Below are positions 1-9,466 of a DNA stretch of 57,088 nucleotides, piece by piece. Numbering within the stretch: the stretch's first letter is position 1; each line of letters opens with the position of its first letter. Position numbers and translations under genes: made by a program. The stretch is from a virus, in the IMG/VR virus record IMGVR_UViG_3300010232_000003, one strand, 5' to 3'. The notes under the pieces are model-generated. The model had not been told where the DNA came from and made no database searches. It worked only from the letters and a program-made list of their open reading frames with translations.

Positions 1-55
1 AGCGAGTCCAAACGGAGCCAGACACCGTCGTCACGTTCCAGCGGAGCGACGGACA
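1..55. repeat. Direct terminal repeat, left copy
   Basis: nt 1-55 are identical (55/55) to nt 57034-57088, read directly. Confidence 0.97.
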
Positions 56-152
56 ACACATGAAAATCACTGATGACCGAGAGCTCATCTCAGTTGGCTC
101 ACGACACCCGTTCACCGGCACCGTGACCGACGTGAAGATCGACGCGGCGTAG
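3..152 (+). CDS. 3' part of junction-spanning hypothetical ORF (85 aa once the ends are joined)
   Basis: The frame opened at ATG 56928 runs through the terminal repeat and stops at TAG 150-152. Confidence 0.5.
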   Translation, partial: RVQTEPDTVVTFQRSDGQHMKITDDRELISVGSRHPFTGTVTDVKIDAA

Positions 153-153
153 C

Positions 154-819
154 TCACTCCCATTCCCGCGTCACCATATCGACCATTTTCTCAACGGTGG
201 CGTCACCGACGCCTAAACCCTCAGCACGTGAATGACATGATCTACAAAGTGAAAGCAGATTAGACAGTTCGTTATTTGTTTTATCACTATCTCGATGATG
301 GACATCTAACTCTCGTCCGCATTCTTCTTCTGTAATACCGCACAGCTGGCAAGTAAAATCGTCACGTTCTCGTGCAACCTTACGTGCAAACCAAAAGTCA
401 TCAGGATAGCCACTTCCACTTGTTCCGTCTTTCCACCACCAATGATCTTCGCCAGAAGGCCTATCGATTTCTGATATTTGACGACGTGTTTCAAGGGTGT
501 GTGATTTACCATAGAATGGATTCATTTCACCTGACATGTCACGCATATTTTCAGATATTTTGCGACGAGTTTCTGCGTCATGAGTATTACCAGTATTAGC
601 TTTGCCTATTTTCATTCGAGTTTTAGTACTTACTGTATGCCCTTCCAGTCCCTTTCTGTGATTACGTTTATGTTCATCTGACCATTCATCTTTAGTTCTG
701 CCTTTCAGAGCTTTGGATACTTTTTCTGCGCCATTGCTCTCATGTACCATCCCTTCATGTGTTCTTACACCTATGTGATTCTCAAACGACTTGCCGCAAT
801 ACTTACAGCTTATTCCCAT
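154..819 (-). CDS. Homing-type endonuclease: one C2H2 zinc finger, NUMOD3-like repeats, HNH domain
   Basis: CKYCGKSFENHIGVRTHEGMVH fits C-x2-C-x12-H-x4-H. Repeats such as TKTRMKIGKA and AETRRKISEN. HNH region LDVHHRD..NLLSLCRSCH. Visibly AT-richer than flanks. Confidence 0.85.
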   Translation of the reverse strand: MGISCKYCGKSFENHIGVRTHEGMVHESNGAEKVSKALKGRTKDEWSDEHKRNHRKGLEGHTVSTKTRMKIGKANTGNTHDAETRRKISENMRDMSGEMNPFYGKSHTLETRRQISEIDRPSGEDHWWWKDGTSGSGYPDDFWFARKVARERDDFTCQLCGITEEECGRELDVHHRDSDKTNNELSNLLSLCRSCHSRAEGLGVGDATVEKMVDMVTREWE

Positions 820-1457
820 TCTTGGTTCACCATCTTAACCATCTTATCACGAGTAGCTTCACCGATTCCATCAACAGCTAAAACATCATCGGGATCGTCA
901 ACTAATGTTTGTACAAGGTTCGCAAAGGTGCCATACTTATTAAGAAGATCTTCTGCTCGACTTGGGCCGACTCCAGTGAACGACTCTGTAATATATCTCG
1001 GGTACAGTTCCGGGGGCACGCTTGGCGAGTCCCGGATACTACCAACGTCGTGCTCGGTGTCGTCTTCGAGTTTAACGATGCCTTGAGCACTCGCTCGCGG
1101 ACCGCACGTGTGAACCGTCATTATCCCGAGCTTGATAACAGAAAACAACGCATTCGTAGGAGCAGCTGGCGTCAGATTTGACCACTGTAACGGTTCACTC
1201 CATTCGCCTTCTAGCATCAGAATGGGCGTATATCCGTGTTTGTCAGCAGCTGATTCCATAGCGAGGACTTGTTGCCACAGATCACGCTCAGATTGCGTGA
1301 TTCTCCCGATGAAATCTCCGTACTTTTTCCGTTCAATGATATAATCGTTGACAAGAAAATCGCCAGTACTTAAATGCTCTTCTTGAACGTCATCAGCGCC
1401 TTCGTCGTACAACAACTCGGCATCTATCGCTTTTTCACGCGTATCGATTACTATCAT
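810..1457 (-). CDS. ERCC4/XPF/Hef-type structure-specific nuclease with C-terminal HhH
   Basis: VIDTRE..GDF..IIERKKYGDF matches the ERCC4 motif GDxnERKxxxD. C-terminal GVGPSRAEDLL and VDGIGEATRDKM helix-hairpin-helix motifs. Confidence 0.8.
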   Translation of the reverse strand: MIVIDTREKAIDAELLYDEGADDVQEEHLSTGDFLVNDYIIERKKYGDFIGRITQSERDLWQQVLAMESAADKHGYTPILMLEGEWSEPLQWSNLTPAAPTNALFSVIKLGIMTVHTCGPRASAQGIVKLEDDTEHDVGSIRDSPSVPPELYPRYITESFTGVGPSRAEDLLNKYGTFANLVQTLVDDPDDVLAVDGIGEATRDKMVKMVNQEWE

Positions 1458-1467
1458 GTAAACGACC

Positions 1468-4023
1468 TCATGTGAATGCTGCTATCGACGTTTGTTCAAA
1501 CCTCTCGACTTGCAACAAGTCCATTGTTGGTTTGAAACGATTCTTCCATAAATACGAGTACTCGGGAACTCTCAATTTCGGATTCTCGTCCGTCTCATGG
1601 TCATGCGGTTTACCGACGACATGGCTACATTTATAACAGTATCCTTCATTTGGTCGCTTGTCAGTGATACCGTTATCAACGGGTTCTACTTGGCTCTTAT
1701 CAGAGCCCCTTTTTAAATACGCGACTTTATCACCCGTCCTCACGGCGCCGCGATCACCTTCTCGCTCGATGATTTTCTTCGCCGCGCGTGCATGAGCCAT
1801 TATCGTCTCGTATTCGTCTGGCATCTGGTTCAATCGAGTATGTTGGACCATCTGTTCGTCGAATCGACCCGTGAATAACTTGTCCTTGTACTCTCTAACG
1901 ATCCCAGTCGTGTCGTCGCCACTGAGCTTCGCGTCGATCAAGTCCTCCTGGAAATCGACGATCGCGTCAGAGGTATTCGCTTTCACGCACTTAAACCCCT
2001 TGATTTTACGGTACGCACACGGACCGTCGTCGTACACCACGTCACCCGCGTACTTCTTCTTTCGATCCGTGATGTGGTACCGTTTCCACACGTCGTCGAG
2101 ATCCATCTCCATGTGGTCTCCAGGCGAGTTGAACACGTCGCGAACGTACGTCACGACGAAATCGTTGAGCTTCGACGCAGTTCGTTGCGCGACGCGCCGC
2201 GCCCGATAGCACTCCTCGAGGTCACTGATATCGAGATCGAGCTCGTTGTCAGGCCCGACTTCGTCGACGAAATCAGCGACGTACTCGTCGAACCCGTCCA
2301 TGTCCACGTCGGTGTTCTCGACGACGAGCTCGAATTGTACACTGTCCGTGTCCCCGTACACTACTTTCTCGACTTCCTCGAGGTTCTCCTCCGCCCAGAG
2401 CTTACACGCTGACGTGAGGTGCTGACCGATCTCCGTGATGTTCTCGCTCATCCCGGGCTCGTAGTACCGATGAACGGGTGACGCGGCGACGCCGAACATC
2501 GAGTTCGCGAGCACTTTGAGACCGCGGTCTTGGTTGTTACGGCGATGCCATTCCGTTGAGCCTTTACTCGCTTGTTTCTTGAGCGACTTGAATTCTTTAC
2601 GTAGCGACTCGATACCGTCGAGTGACCCCGCGATCTCTGACTCCACGATACCGGGTTTCACGAAATATCCGCGCGCTTTACCGACGTTGTCGAGTTGCCC
2701 CGTGGTCTCGTACGCGTCTTCGGGTTCCGGCCCGATACCAGTGATGATATCGGTTTTCGTGACGTCCTCGTCGAATCGCTGATTCGCCGTCTCGACTGCT
2801 TCGGTGATATCGTTTGTGTCGAGCCACGATTTGACACCGACGTTGAAATCCCTGATGATCGCGGGGTACATCCCACTGAAATCAGCTGTCATCACGTCGC
2901 TATACGTGCCTGGGATGGGCTTGAAGACGCGACCTCCAGGGAAGTCGTGTAGATCCCGATATTTGCCTTTGTCGTTGAACGATTCATCGTTGTGGTTAAG
3001 TATCGCGCCGTCACACGCTTTCCCCACGGCCATGTTGACTTGACCGCTATCGGTGTTGTACATCAACGTAGAGGGTCGCGTGTACCCACGTCGACAGATC
3101 CGGAACACGATACGAGTTAATCGGTATTTCTCGTCGATAGCAGCTGTGATACGAGCGTCCTCGACGTTGTATTCCTCGAGTGTCTCGCGATCGGTTTGGA
3201 ACCAGTGCCAGAGGACCTCGTAGCCCATCTCGTGGTCTTCTTCACTCATCGTTTTAGTCATGTCGACCTCGTCTTCACCGACTGCGTCGAGCGCGAACGA
3301 TTGCCGTTCCTCGCGGTTGACGTGCATGAATAAGTACTGTAAGTCGAGGTGCACGATCTCGAACTCGTCGTAGTAAATATCGTAGATTTGTTTCCTGTTT
3401 AACACGTACATCCAGTCGAACGTCTCGGAGTTCCATCCGGCGAGCACGAAGTAGTCGTCGAGGAGATCGAAGAACTCCCTGAGCACGCGCTCCTCGTCGT
3501 CGTAACAGATGAATCCTTCGCTCCCGGCGCCATCGGTCCACGCGATGGACAGTATTTGCTTTGTAGCTTCCTCTGGGTCTGGGAACTCGCCACGCGGATC
3601 CACCTCGATATCGAAGTAGAGTATGTCTTCGGGTTCAGGTACATCGGCTTGGATGCCCTCGTCTATCATGACCCGCCGAGCGTACGGGATATCGGCTTCG
3701 AACGTCTCGTACTCGAAGCCGTGTTTGAAATCTCGGATGTCCCACGGGATCCCAGCTGTGACTTTCCATAACTCAAAGTCACCGTTCACGTGGCGATGCG
3801 TCTCGTCGCGTCGTACCCTGCAATCGTTGTCCGTAACGGATTGGATGAGCGCTGAGAGGTACCGTTTCCTGTCAGTCGAGACGTCACTCGCAGTCTTGAC
3901 ATAGCAATATGGGCGACACGGCGGATGGAACGCCTCGATCTCCTTGTCACCGTTCTCGTTCTTCGCGAGCGTTTCGAGCACGAGTTCCGGTTGAGTACTG
4001 TAGCGGAGATCGTAGCGTTGCAC
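1468..4023 (-). CDS. polB: Family B DNA polymerase
   Basis: Exo motifs FDIEV, GWNSETFDW, YNVEDA. Polymerase motifs DFSGMYPAII, KVLANSMFG, VYGDTDS. Confidence 0.95.
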   Translation of the reverse strand: MQRYDLRYSTQPELVLETLAKNENGDKEIEAFHPPCRPYCYVKTASDVSTDRKRYLSALIQSVTDNDCRVRRDETHRHVNGDFELWKVTAGIPWDIRDFKHGFEYETFEADIPYARRVMIDEGIQADVPEPEDILYFDIEVDPRGEFPDPEEATKQILSIAWTDGAGSEGFICYDDEERVLREFFDLLDDYFVLAGWNSETFDWMYVLNRKQIYDIYYDEFEIVHLDLQYLFMHVNREERQSFALDAVGEDEVDMTKTMSEEDHEMGYEVLWHWFQTDRETLEEYNVEDARITAAIDEKYRLTRIVFRICRRGYTRPSTLMYNTDSGQVNMAVGKACDGAILNHNDESFNDKGKYRDLHDFPGGRVFKPIPGTYSDVMTADFSGMYPAIIRDFNVGVKSWLDTNDITEAVETANQRFDEDVTKTDIITGIGPEPEDAYETTGQLDNVGKARGYFVKPGIVESEIAGSLDGIESLRKEFKSLKKQASKGSTEWHRRNNQDRGLKVLANSMFGVAASPVHRYYEPGMSENITEIGQHLTSACKLWAEENLEEVEKVVYGDTDSVQFELVVENTDVDMDGFDEYVADFVDEVGPDNELDLDISDLEECYRARRVAQRTASKLNDFVVTYVRDVFNSPGDHMEMDLDDVWKRYHITDRKKKYAGDVVYDDGPCAYRKIKGFKCVKANTSDAIVDFQEDLIDAKLSGDDTTGIVREYKDKLFTGRFDEQMVQHTRLNQMPDEYETIMAHARAAKKIIEREGDRGAVRTGDKVAYLKRGSDKSQVEPVDNGITDKRPNEGYCYKCSHVVGKPHDHETDENPKLRVPEYSYLWKNRFKPTMDLLQVERFEQTSIAAFT

Positions 4024-4055
4024 GATACTGTATTACCTCTGTCTGTATGTAAATC

Positions 4056-4814
4056 TTACTCCCATCGTGACCCGCCTAGCGACTCGCATTCACTCCGCCA
4101 TTCGCAATACTTACATCGACGATCCGTGACCGGATCAGTGTCCGGCGGTTCGTCATCCAGGAGATTCGCGTGATGCCGCGTTGTACGGATCTCGATGTCC
4201 TGCTCGACCTGCCCATCACGCTCGAAATCGAACACCATCTCGTCGAGCTCGTTACGCGTCATGTACGCGATCTCACCCGGGCAATCCATCGCCCACATAT
4301 ACGTTTGTAACTGATAGAGATGCGACGGTTTATGCCCATACCGGCGCCGCCAATCGATGTCTTTCGTGGTCTTCGTCTCCACGACTTTCAGGACGTCGCG
4401 CCCGTACTCCACGACGTCACCCGCGTGAGTAACTGCGTCTCGCGTACCGTCTCGACGCAACGTGACTTTGTCTATCTCGTATCGAGCACTTTCCTTGAAC
4501 ACCGTCCAATCCGACTCGCCAACGATCCGAGTATCGTCGTCGATGCGTATCTCGATATTCACGTCTTGCTTCACCCTGTCGTCGCCGTGCTCCCAGCGCA
4601 GCGCTCGCCCGTACACGTCCTCAAAGACGCGACCGAGCTCGAAGTACGGGCTCCACGAGTCCTCTGATTCGCGTTCGAAATCCCAATACCACCGGCGTGG
4701 ACAGTTACTGATATTGCTCGCGTGATACTCTCCGCGCTCGTCGCGGAATCGAGCGCCGTCGGGTTCACCGCCAGTATATTTCGACTCCAACCACCTGTCG
4801 ATCAAGTCGCTCAT
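4056..4814 (-). CDS. Cas4/RecB-like PD-(D/E)XK nuclease with four-Cys cluster
   Basis: N-terminal Cys (SNCPRRWYW), GESD..VVETKT core, QLQTY, C-terminal CKYCEWRSEC. Confidence 0.8.
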   Translation of the reverse strand: MSDLIDRWLESKYTGGEPDGARFRDERGEYHASNISNCPRRWYWDFERESEDSWSPYFELGRVFEDVYGRALRWEHGDDRVKQDVNIEIRIDDDTRIVGESDWTVFKESARYEIDKVTLRRDGTRDAVTHAGDVVEYGRDVLKVVETKTTKDIDWRRRYGHKPSHLYQLQTYMWAMDCPGEIAYMTRNELDEMVFDFERDGQVEQDIEIRTTRHHANLLDDEPPDTDPVTDRRCKYCEWRSECESLGGSRWE

Positions 4815-4818
4815 CTAG

Positions 4819-4861
4819 GAGCCGTGGACGGAGTCGAACCATCGAAACCCTAATCACGGCC
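4819..4861 (-). ncRNA. tRNA-like minihelix (7-bp acceptor-like stem plus canonical T-arm, no D or anticodon arms)
   Basis: RNA reads GGCCGUG-AUUAGGGUUUC-GAUGG-UUCGACU-CCGUC-CACGGCU-C. It ends 4 nt before the ATG at 4814. Confidence 0.4.
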
Positions 4862-5025
4862 CGAGTCGAAACTGTTGTCGAGTTCTGGTTCCGGGCGAGG
4901 TCCCAGCCTTCCCGGTTCCAACGGTTGACCAAACCACGCGTGTATTGCACCGGGTTTAGCACGACGGTGTCGCCGCGCGAGGTCAGGTGCCATGACCTAT
5001 ACATGGATTACTCAGCGAAGAGGTA

Positions 5026-5697
5026 TCAGTTTTTCTCCACCGAGTCTCCATCCGAACTGAGCTCGTCAGAGCTCGCGACGACCACCGCGGGTTCGACGTC
5101 GTAGTCCCGGACGTCGTTGAGGTACCCGTCGAGCTCGTCGACTGGGACTTCCCCGTCGTTCATCGCGACGACGTCCTCTGCGAACTCGATCGCTTTATCC
5201 GGGACACCTGAATCAGTCGACTCGGTTGACTCAGAGTTCCCAGTACTGTCACTCGCCTGGAGGGCTTGCTCAGTGGTGCCTTTGTAGTGCGGTGAGTTCT
5301 CCCAGACGTCTTGGAAGTCATCGGCTTGCTCGGTGCCTTGCCACTCGTCACGGGTAAGGATAGATGTCGCGTACGCGTTCATGTCGCGACCCGTGTTCGC
5401 TTTCACGGTGCCCTCGTACTCGATGAGCATCACGTCACCGATCGAAACCGCTTGGACGTCGTCTGTGAGCGAGGAGTGCGTTGGCGTCGCGACCTCGGTG
5501 CCTTTCTCGTGGTCACCGTTCCCGACTGAGCGAAGCGTCCCGACTGGGTGCGTGCCTCCGCCTGGATCTGTGTAGTCGTGTTTCTCGACGACGATCCCGA
5601 TGATCTCGTCGCCCTCGCTGGGTTCCCACCAGGGCGCGTAGTCTCCACCGCCACTGGACTTCCGTTCTTGTAACGCGTCGATTGCGTCGTCTGTCAT
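5026..5697 (-). CDS. Acidic hypothetical protein (possible OB-fold ssDNA-binding protein)
   Basis: Long ORF in the replication module with an acidic Ser/Asp-rich tail. Function not recognisable. Confidence 0.6.
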   Translation of the reverse strand: MTDDAIDALQERKSSGGGDYAPWWEPSEGDEIIGIVVEKHDYTDPGGGTHPVGTLRSVGNGDHEKGTEVATPTHSSLTDDVQAVSIGDVMLIEYEGTVKANTGRDMNAYATSILTRDEWQGTEQADDFQDVWENSPHYKGTTEQALQASDSTGNSESTESTDSGVPDKAIEFAEDVVAMNDGEVPVDELDGYLNDVRDYDVEPAVVVASSDELSSDGDSVEKN

Positions 5698-5745
5698 GGT
5701 CGCTCCAATCCAAGTTTAAGATTGTAAGATAAAAAGTGTTATCCT

Positions 5746-5973
5746 TCAGTGCTTGCTCTCTTTCCACCGCTCGTAGACCTCTTCCATGTCACCGTAATCG
5801 ATCGCGTCCTTATCCACGAGCGCCTCGAGCTTCCCACGCACCGTCATGTGATGCGCCATCGACGGGAAATCCAAGTCACCTGGATCGACGTCGATGTCGT
5901 TACTCGTACGCTTCAGTTCGTCGAGGTCCATCCGAACGATGTCCTCGGAGGTTAACGTCTCAGCTTGAGCCAT
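5746..5973 (-). CDS. Hypothetical protein
   Basis: ORF trimmed to ATG 5973 (MAQAETLT..). Acidic composition. A/T-rich box upstream. Confidence 0.55.
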   Translation of the reverse strand: MAQAETLTSEDIVRMDLDELKRTSNDIDVDPGDLDFPSMAHHMTVRGKLEALVDKDAIDYGDMEEVYERWKESKH

Positions 5974-6063
5974 CGTTACAGTAAAAGATAAACACCGGAA
6001 GTTAAAAAGTGTAACCCTCTCCACCGCGCAGCGTAGTAACCCGAGCTCATCTCAGTGCATTAT

Positions 6064-6084
6064 CTTACTATAGTAACAACACCC
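6064..6084 (-). promoter_or_regulatory. Partial third copy of the dyad-promoter element (CTTACTATAGTAACAACACCC)
   Basis: Shares cttactata..aacaacacccatca with 34907-34936 and with the reverse complement of 38596-38625. Confidence 0.45.
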
Positions 6085-6232
6085 ATCAATACCGTCGCGT
6101 TTCAAGCCGAGACCACTCGTGACACCGTGACTGAGCACAGCGAGTTTCACAGGAACCACGAGAACCGATACTAACACTACAAATCGCGTTGAAACAAACG
6201 TGAATCGCGTACTAAAGACTACGCCGAACCGT

Positions 6233-8905
6233 TCAATCCAACCGCCGAGACGACCCCTGTTCCAAGATAAGACGCTTCACGTCACTAACCTCTTCCGGGG
6301 TATCGTCGACGTGAAGAACACGATCACCATGCACCTCTACGTCGTCGCTATCGATAAACGTCACCAACAACTTCTTCACGTCGACAATGTCGCGTTGCTC
6401 CCACACCGATACGCCATACTCCTCAAACAACGCCCAGATCTCGTCCGGGACGTGCATATCCGGGACGATCACCGGCGTGACACCCGTCCCGTACTGTACC
6501 ATGTCGTCGTCGAGCACGTCGCTCGGGCGCAGGATCGAGTTCTGCGCGGCACGGATCTTCTCCGCTTTCTTCAAATCCCGGCGCCCGTACGTCTCCGCCA
6601 TGTAGTCCTCTCGCGGCGTCGCGAAATTACCGTTATACAACGCGCCAAAATCCGCTTCAGGGGTATCGACGCCCTCAGAGAACTGACTGTTCTCCGGGAT
6701 CGCGACCACCGTGGCGTGGTTCAAGTAATATCGCACGTCCTCCAAGGTATCGTTCTCGCTCGGCGACGTGCATCTATTGATTCTCTCCGCGTGCGACGCG
6801 CAATGCTTCGAGGACCCCGAGACCAACAACCCTGAAACGGTGTCGTCACTCGGCGCGAGCGCCCGTTGTAACTCCTCGATCGCTCGTTGCACGTGATTCG
6901 CTTGAATGTTCTGATTGTCACCACCCGTGTACTTGATGACTCGGATGCAATCCTGGACCGGTGTCACACCGCCATAAAACGGTTTCACTTCGTATTCGTC
7001 TCCATGCGAGATCTCGTGGAAATGCTCCATGTGAGGCAACGAGTTCCCAGCGGTCCATATCGTGTCGACGCTCTCCGGTAACGGGACGAACAACTCGTCG
7101 CAGTCACCCACGATGAATAGTTGTTTTTTCTCGTCGTTCTCGTAACTGTTCACGCCATCATGGAACATCACGTTCAAAATAGATTCTCGGAGATCCGGGA
7201 AGCGCTCGAGCCATTTCCGAGCCCTCGATAACACGGGTTGCTCCGCGAACTCGATGTCGCTAAGCAGTGACTCGACGTCGTCGACGAGTGACTCCCAGGA
7301 CTCGTCCACCGCGTTCCAATCCACTGGGAGCCAATTATCGATGCGTCGACACACCTGGACCATTCCCCGCGCCGTCGTGCGGACCCAGCGATGGACTCGT
7401 TGCACTTGGTCGAGATCGTCGATGTGATCCACGATGCGTTGTAACCTGTCTACCCGGGTACTGAGCTTCTTTTTCACGACTCGATCGTCGCCCAGGTGTC
7501 GCTCGACGTCGATGACGTTAACAGACGAGCTCAAGATACGGTTAAACGCTGCTTCTTCCGTCATGATAACCCAGTCTCGATCACCGATATCGCGGAGTTT
7601 CTCCGGCACAGTGACGACGACTTGCGCGTTCTTACACCCCCGGGTTAACGCGAGGTACTGGTTACAATTCGAGAGCCGAGCTGCTTCTCTCGGCGTCTTC
7701 GCGGATGCTGTTTGTCGGAAGTCACCCGTGCACGTGACGTTGTATTCTTCCAGTGCTCTATCCCGCCCAGTGAGATACGCGACGTCCGTGACTCCGTGCT
7801 CTTTGAACTTCTCGACGGTCGCTTCGGCTTCGCTGTGCGCGCTCGAAACGTACACGACTCGTGTATCGCGGTCCAGGCACCTCGCGGCTTCGCGGATCAT
7901 CGTGTACGATTTCCCGGTACGCGCGATCGATGGCATCGCGACGTTCGGTATCTCGCCCTCTGTGTCGACGGTCCACTCGTCGGCACGCGCCGGGTTCGTC
8001 GCGACGAGGTCACTACGCGTATCGCAATGCTGACACGTACACGGACTGAGTTGGACACCGATCTCGTCGAGTGACGCACGACTATGCGGGTAGAGTTGTT
8101 TCTTGTATAAGAGCTCGAGTTGATATCGCGACTCTCGTTCATCGAACCCGTCTTCCGGTGGGTATTCCCGTAGCAGGGACATCGCGTCCTCGATACTGTA
8201 TCCGAACGCGACGAGCCGGATCCCGACCGCTGTGTCGAGCTTGAACGGGTCTATATCTGTTCGTGATCGATCGAGGTCGCGTCGATGCTGTAGTAACTCG
8301 TGTACGCAACTCGGTATCTCTCTCGGCGGGTCGTCAGGGACGTCGAGTGACTCGAATTCCCGTGTACTTGTCGGTTGCACGAGATCGCGGTCGTCGTAGC
8401 TAAACGTGAGATTGACCTCGTCGTGATCGTAGATCTGGTATAGCTCGGCGTCGTTCAACGAGTCGTACCACTCGTTCTCGTGGAATGGTGACACGACGTG
8501 TCCTTGGTCGTGTGCTTTGACGTCTACCCAGGACTGAGCTGGCTCGATGGTGATTTCCTCGCTGATTCTCTGTGCGACGTAGTACCCGTGGTACCCGCTG
8601 GGCCCGTCGGGTTTCCGTGACCGGACGAACGGGACTCGGTTTACGTCGAACCCGAGTAAGTCCTCGTCGAACTCCGGGATGTCGTGCGTGTCGACGTCGA
8701 CGACGATGAGTTTCTGGTTCTCGACTCGAGTGCCCACGATACCGTAGTTCCCATGGGTATGGGTTTGGGTTTCCTCGTACGTGTACACGTTGTCGAGGTC
8801 CTCGAAGTCGTCCGTGTAGCTACCCCATGGCTCGGCTGGGATCTTTCGTTCTCCACGAGTACCGTGGTCCCTGAGTTTGATGTACCAGAATTTATCGGGT
8901 TGCAT
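6233..8905 (-). CDS. Primase-polymerase (prim-pol) fused to P-loop helicase
   Basis: N-terminal LIVVDVDTHD and PSGYHGYYV prim-pol motifs. Central Walker A IARTGKSYT. 890 aa. Confidence 0.75.
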   Translation of the reverse strand: MQPDKFWYIKLRDHGTRGERKIPAEPWGSYTDDFEDLDNVYTYEETQTHTHGNYGIVGTRVENQKLIVVDVDTHDIPEFDEDLLGFDVNRVPFVRSRKPDGPSGYHGYYVAQRISEEITIEPAQSWVDVKAHDQGHVVSPFHENEWYDSLNDAELYQIYDHDEVNLTFSYDDRDLVQPTSTREFESLDVPDDPPREIPSCVHELLQHRRDLDRSRTDIDPFKLDTAVGIRLVAFGYSIEDAMSLLREYPPEDGFDERESRYQLELLYKKQLYPHSRASLDEIGVQLSPCTCQHCDTRSDLVATNPARADEWTVDTEGEIPNVAMPSIARTGKSYTMIREAARCLDRDTRVVYVSSAHSEAEATVEKFKEHGVTDVAYLTGRDRALEEYNVTCTGDFRQTASAKTPREAARLSNCNQYLALTRGCKNAQVVVTVPEKLRDIGDRDWVIMTEEAAFNRILSSSVNVIDVERHLGDDRVVKKKLSTRVDRLQRIVDHIDDLDQVQRVHRWVRTTARGMVQVCRRIDNWLPVDWNAVDESWESLVDDVESLLSDIEFAEQPVLSRARKWLERFPDLRESILNVMFHDGVNSYENDEKKQLFIVGDCDELFVPLPESVDTIWTAGNSLPHMEHFHEISHGDEYEVKPFYGGVTPVQDCIRVIKYTGGDNQNIQANHVQRAIEELQRALAPSDDTVSGLLVSGSSKHCASHAERINRCTSPSENDTLEDVRYYLNHATVVAIPENSQFSEGVDTPEADFGALYNGNFATPREDYMAETYGRRDLKKAEKIRAAQNSILRPSDVLDDDMVQYGTGVTPVIVPDMHVPDEIWALFEEYGVSVWEQRDIVDVKKLLVTFIDSDDVEVHGDRVLHVDDTPEEVSDVKRLILEQGSSRRLD

Positions 8906-8953
8906 ATATCCCGTGGTTCGTGCGGTTTTTCATAGTTACTCTTATTGCCCTTC

Positions 8954-9000
8954 GATTCCAAAGGAAAAATGGGTATTCGCGGCATCCTTCCTTTGGAATC
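8954..9000. repeat. 13-bp perfect inverted repeat with 21-nt spacer in a divergent intergenic region
   Basis: GATTCCAAAGGAA (8954-8966) pairs with TTCCTTTGGAATC (8988-9000). Confidence 0.8.
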
Positions 9001-9080
9001 AGGTTGATAGCTAGTTGTATCCCCACGGTCAAATAGGTTTCCCATGGTGTCAGGAACATGACGCACGTAAGAGAAAAAGA

Positions 9081-9089
9081 AAGACTTAT
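9081..9089 (+). promoter_or_regulatory. Class-A TATA-like box (AAGACTTAT)
   Basis: Lies about 25 nt upstream of GTG 9114. Same core as the other class-A copies. Confidence 0.55.
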
Positions 9090-9113
9090 TGTAATACCGG
9101 TCATTAATCGAAC

Positions 9114-9431
9114 GTGACTGATCAGTCGTCACTGGACCAATTCGGCGCTGACACTCGCGGCGATGACACGGACGAGCGGAACCGCGGGTATACTCGGTAT
9201 CAAATCGCGGTACGCGAAGCACCAGACGGCGCGGAGCCATTCGCGGACGATTCGTGCCCGTGGTGCCTCGGTTCAGCGGACGACTTCGTGACGAAGACCA
9301 ACGACGACGTCACGGGGACACTACCACGTGACCCACAGGTGTCGTGTGGTCATTGCAGCGCTGTTATCCCCACGGATATGGATTGGTACACACGTGGTGA
9401 GAAGAAAGCGTTCACGCGACACGACCTATAA
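9114..9431 (+). CDS. Zinc-ribbon hypothetical protein
   Basis: GTG start, CPWC..CGHC pairs. Confidence 0.55.
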   Translation: MTDQSSLDQFGADTRGDDTDERNRGYTRYQIAVREAPDGAEPFADDSCPWCLGSADDFVTKTNDDVTGTLPRDPQVSCGHCSAVIPTDMDWYTRGEKKAFTRHDL

Positions 9432-9466
9432 CAACGTTTTTAACACTGTAAATCTTACTTTTAACT

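Noticed and set aside
4819-4861. tRNA-like fragments as attP sites for integration into host tRNA genes (also 44044-44078).
   Set aside because: No integrase or recombinase-like ORF was recognised anywhere in the genome. Both elements carry a complementary 5' acceptor strand, which a simple 3' tRNA fragment would lack. This cannot be fully excluded without host genomes.
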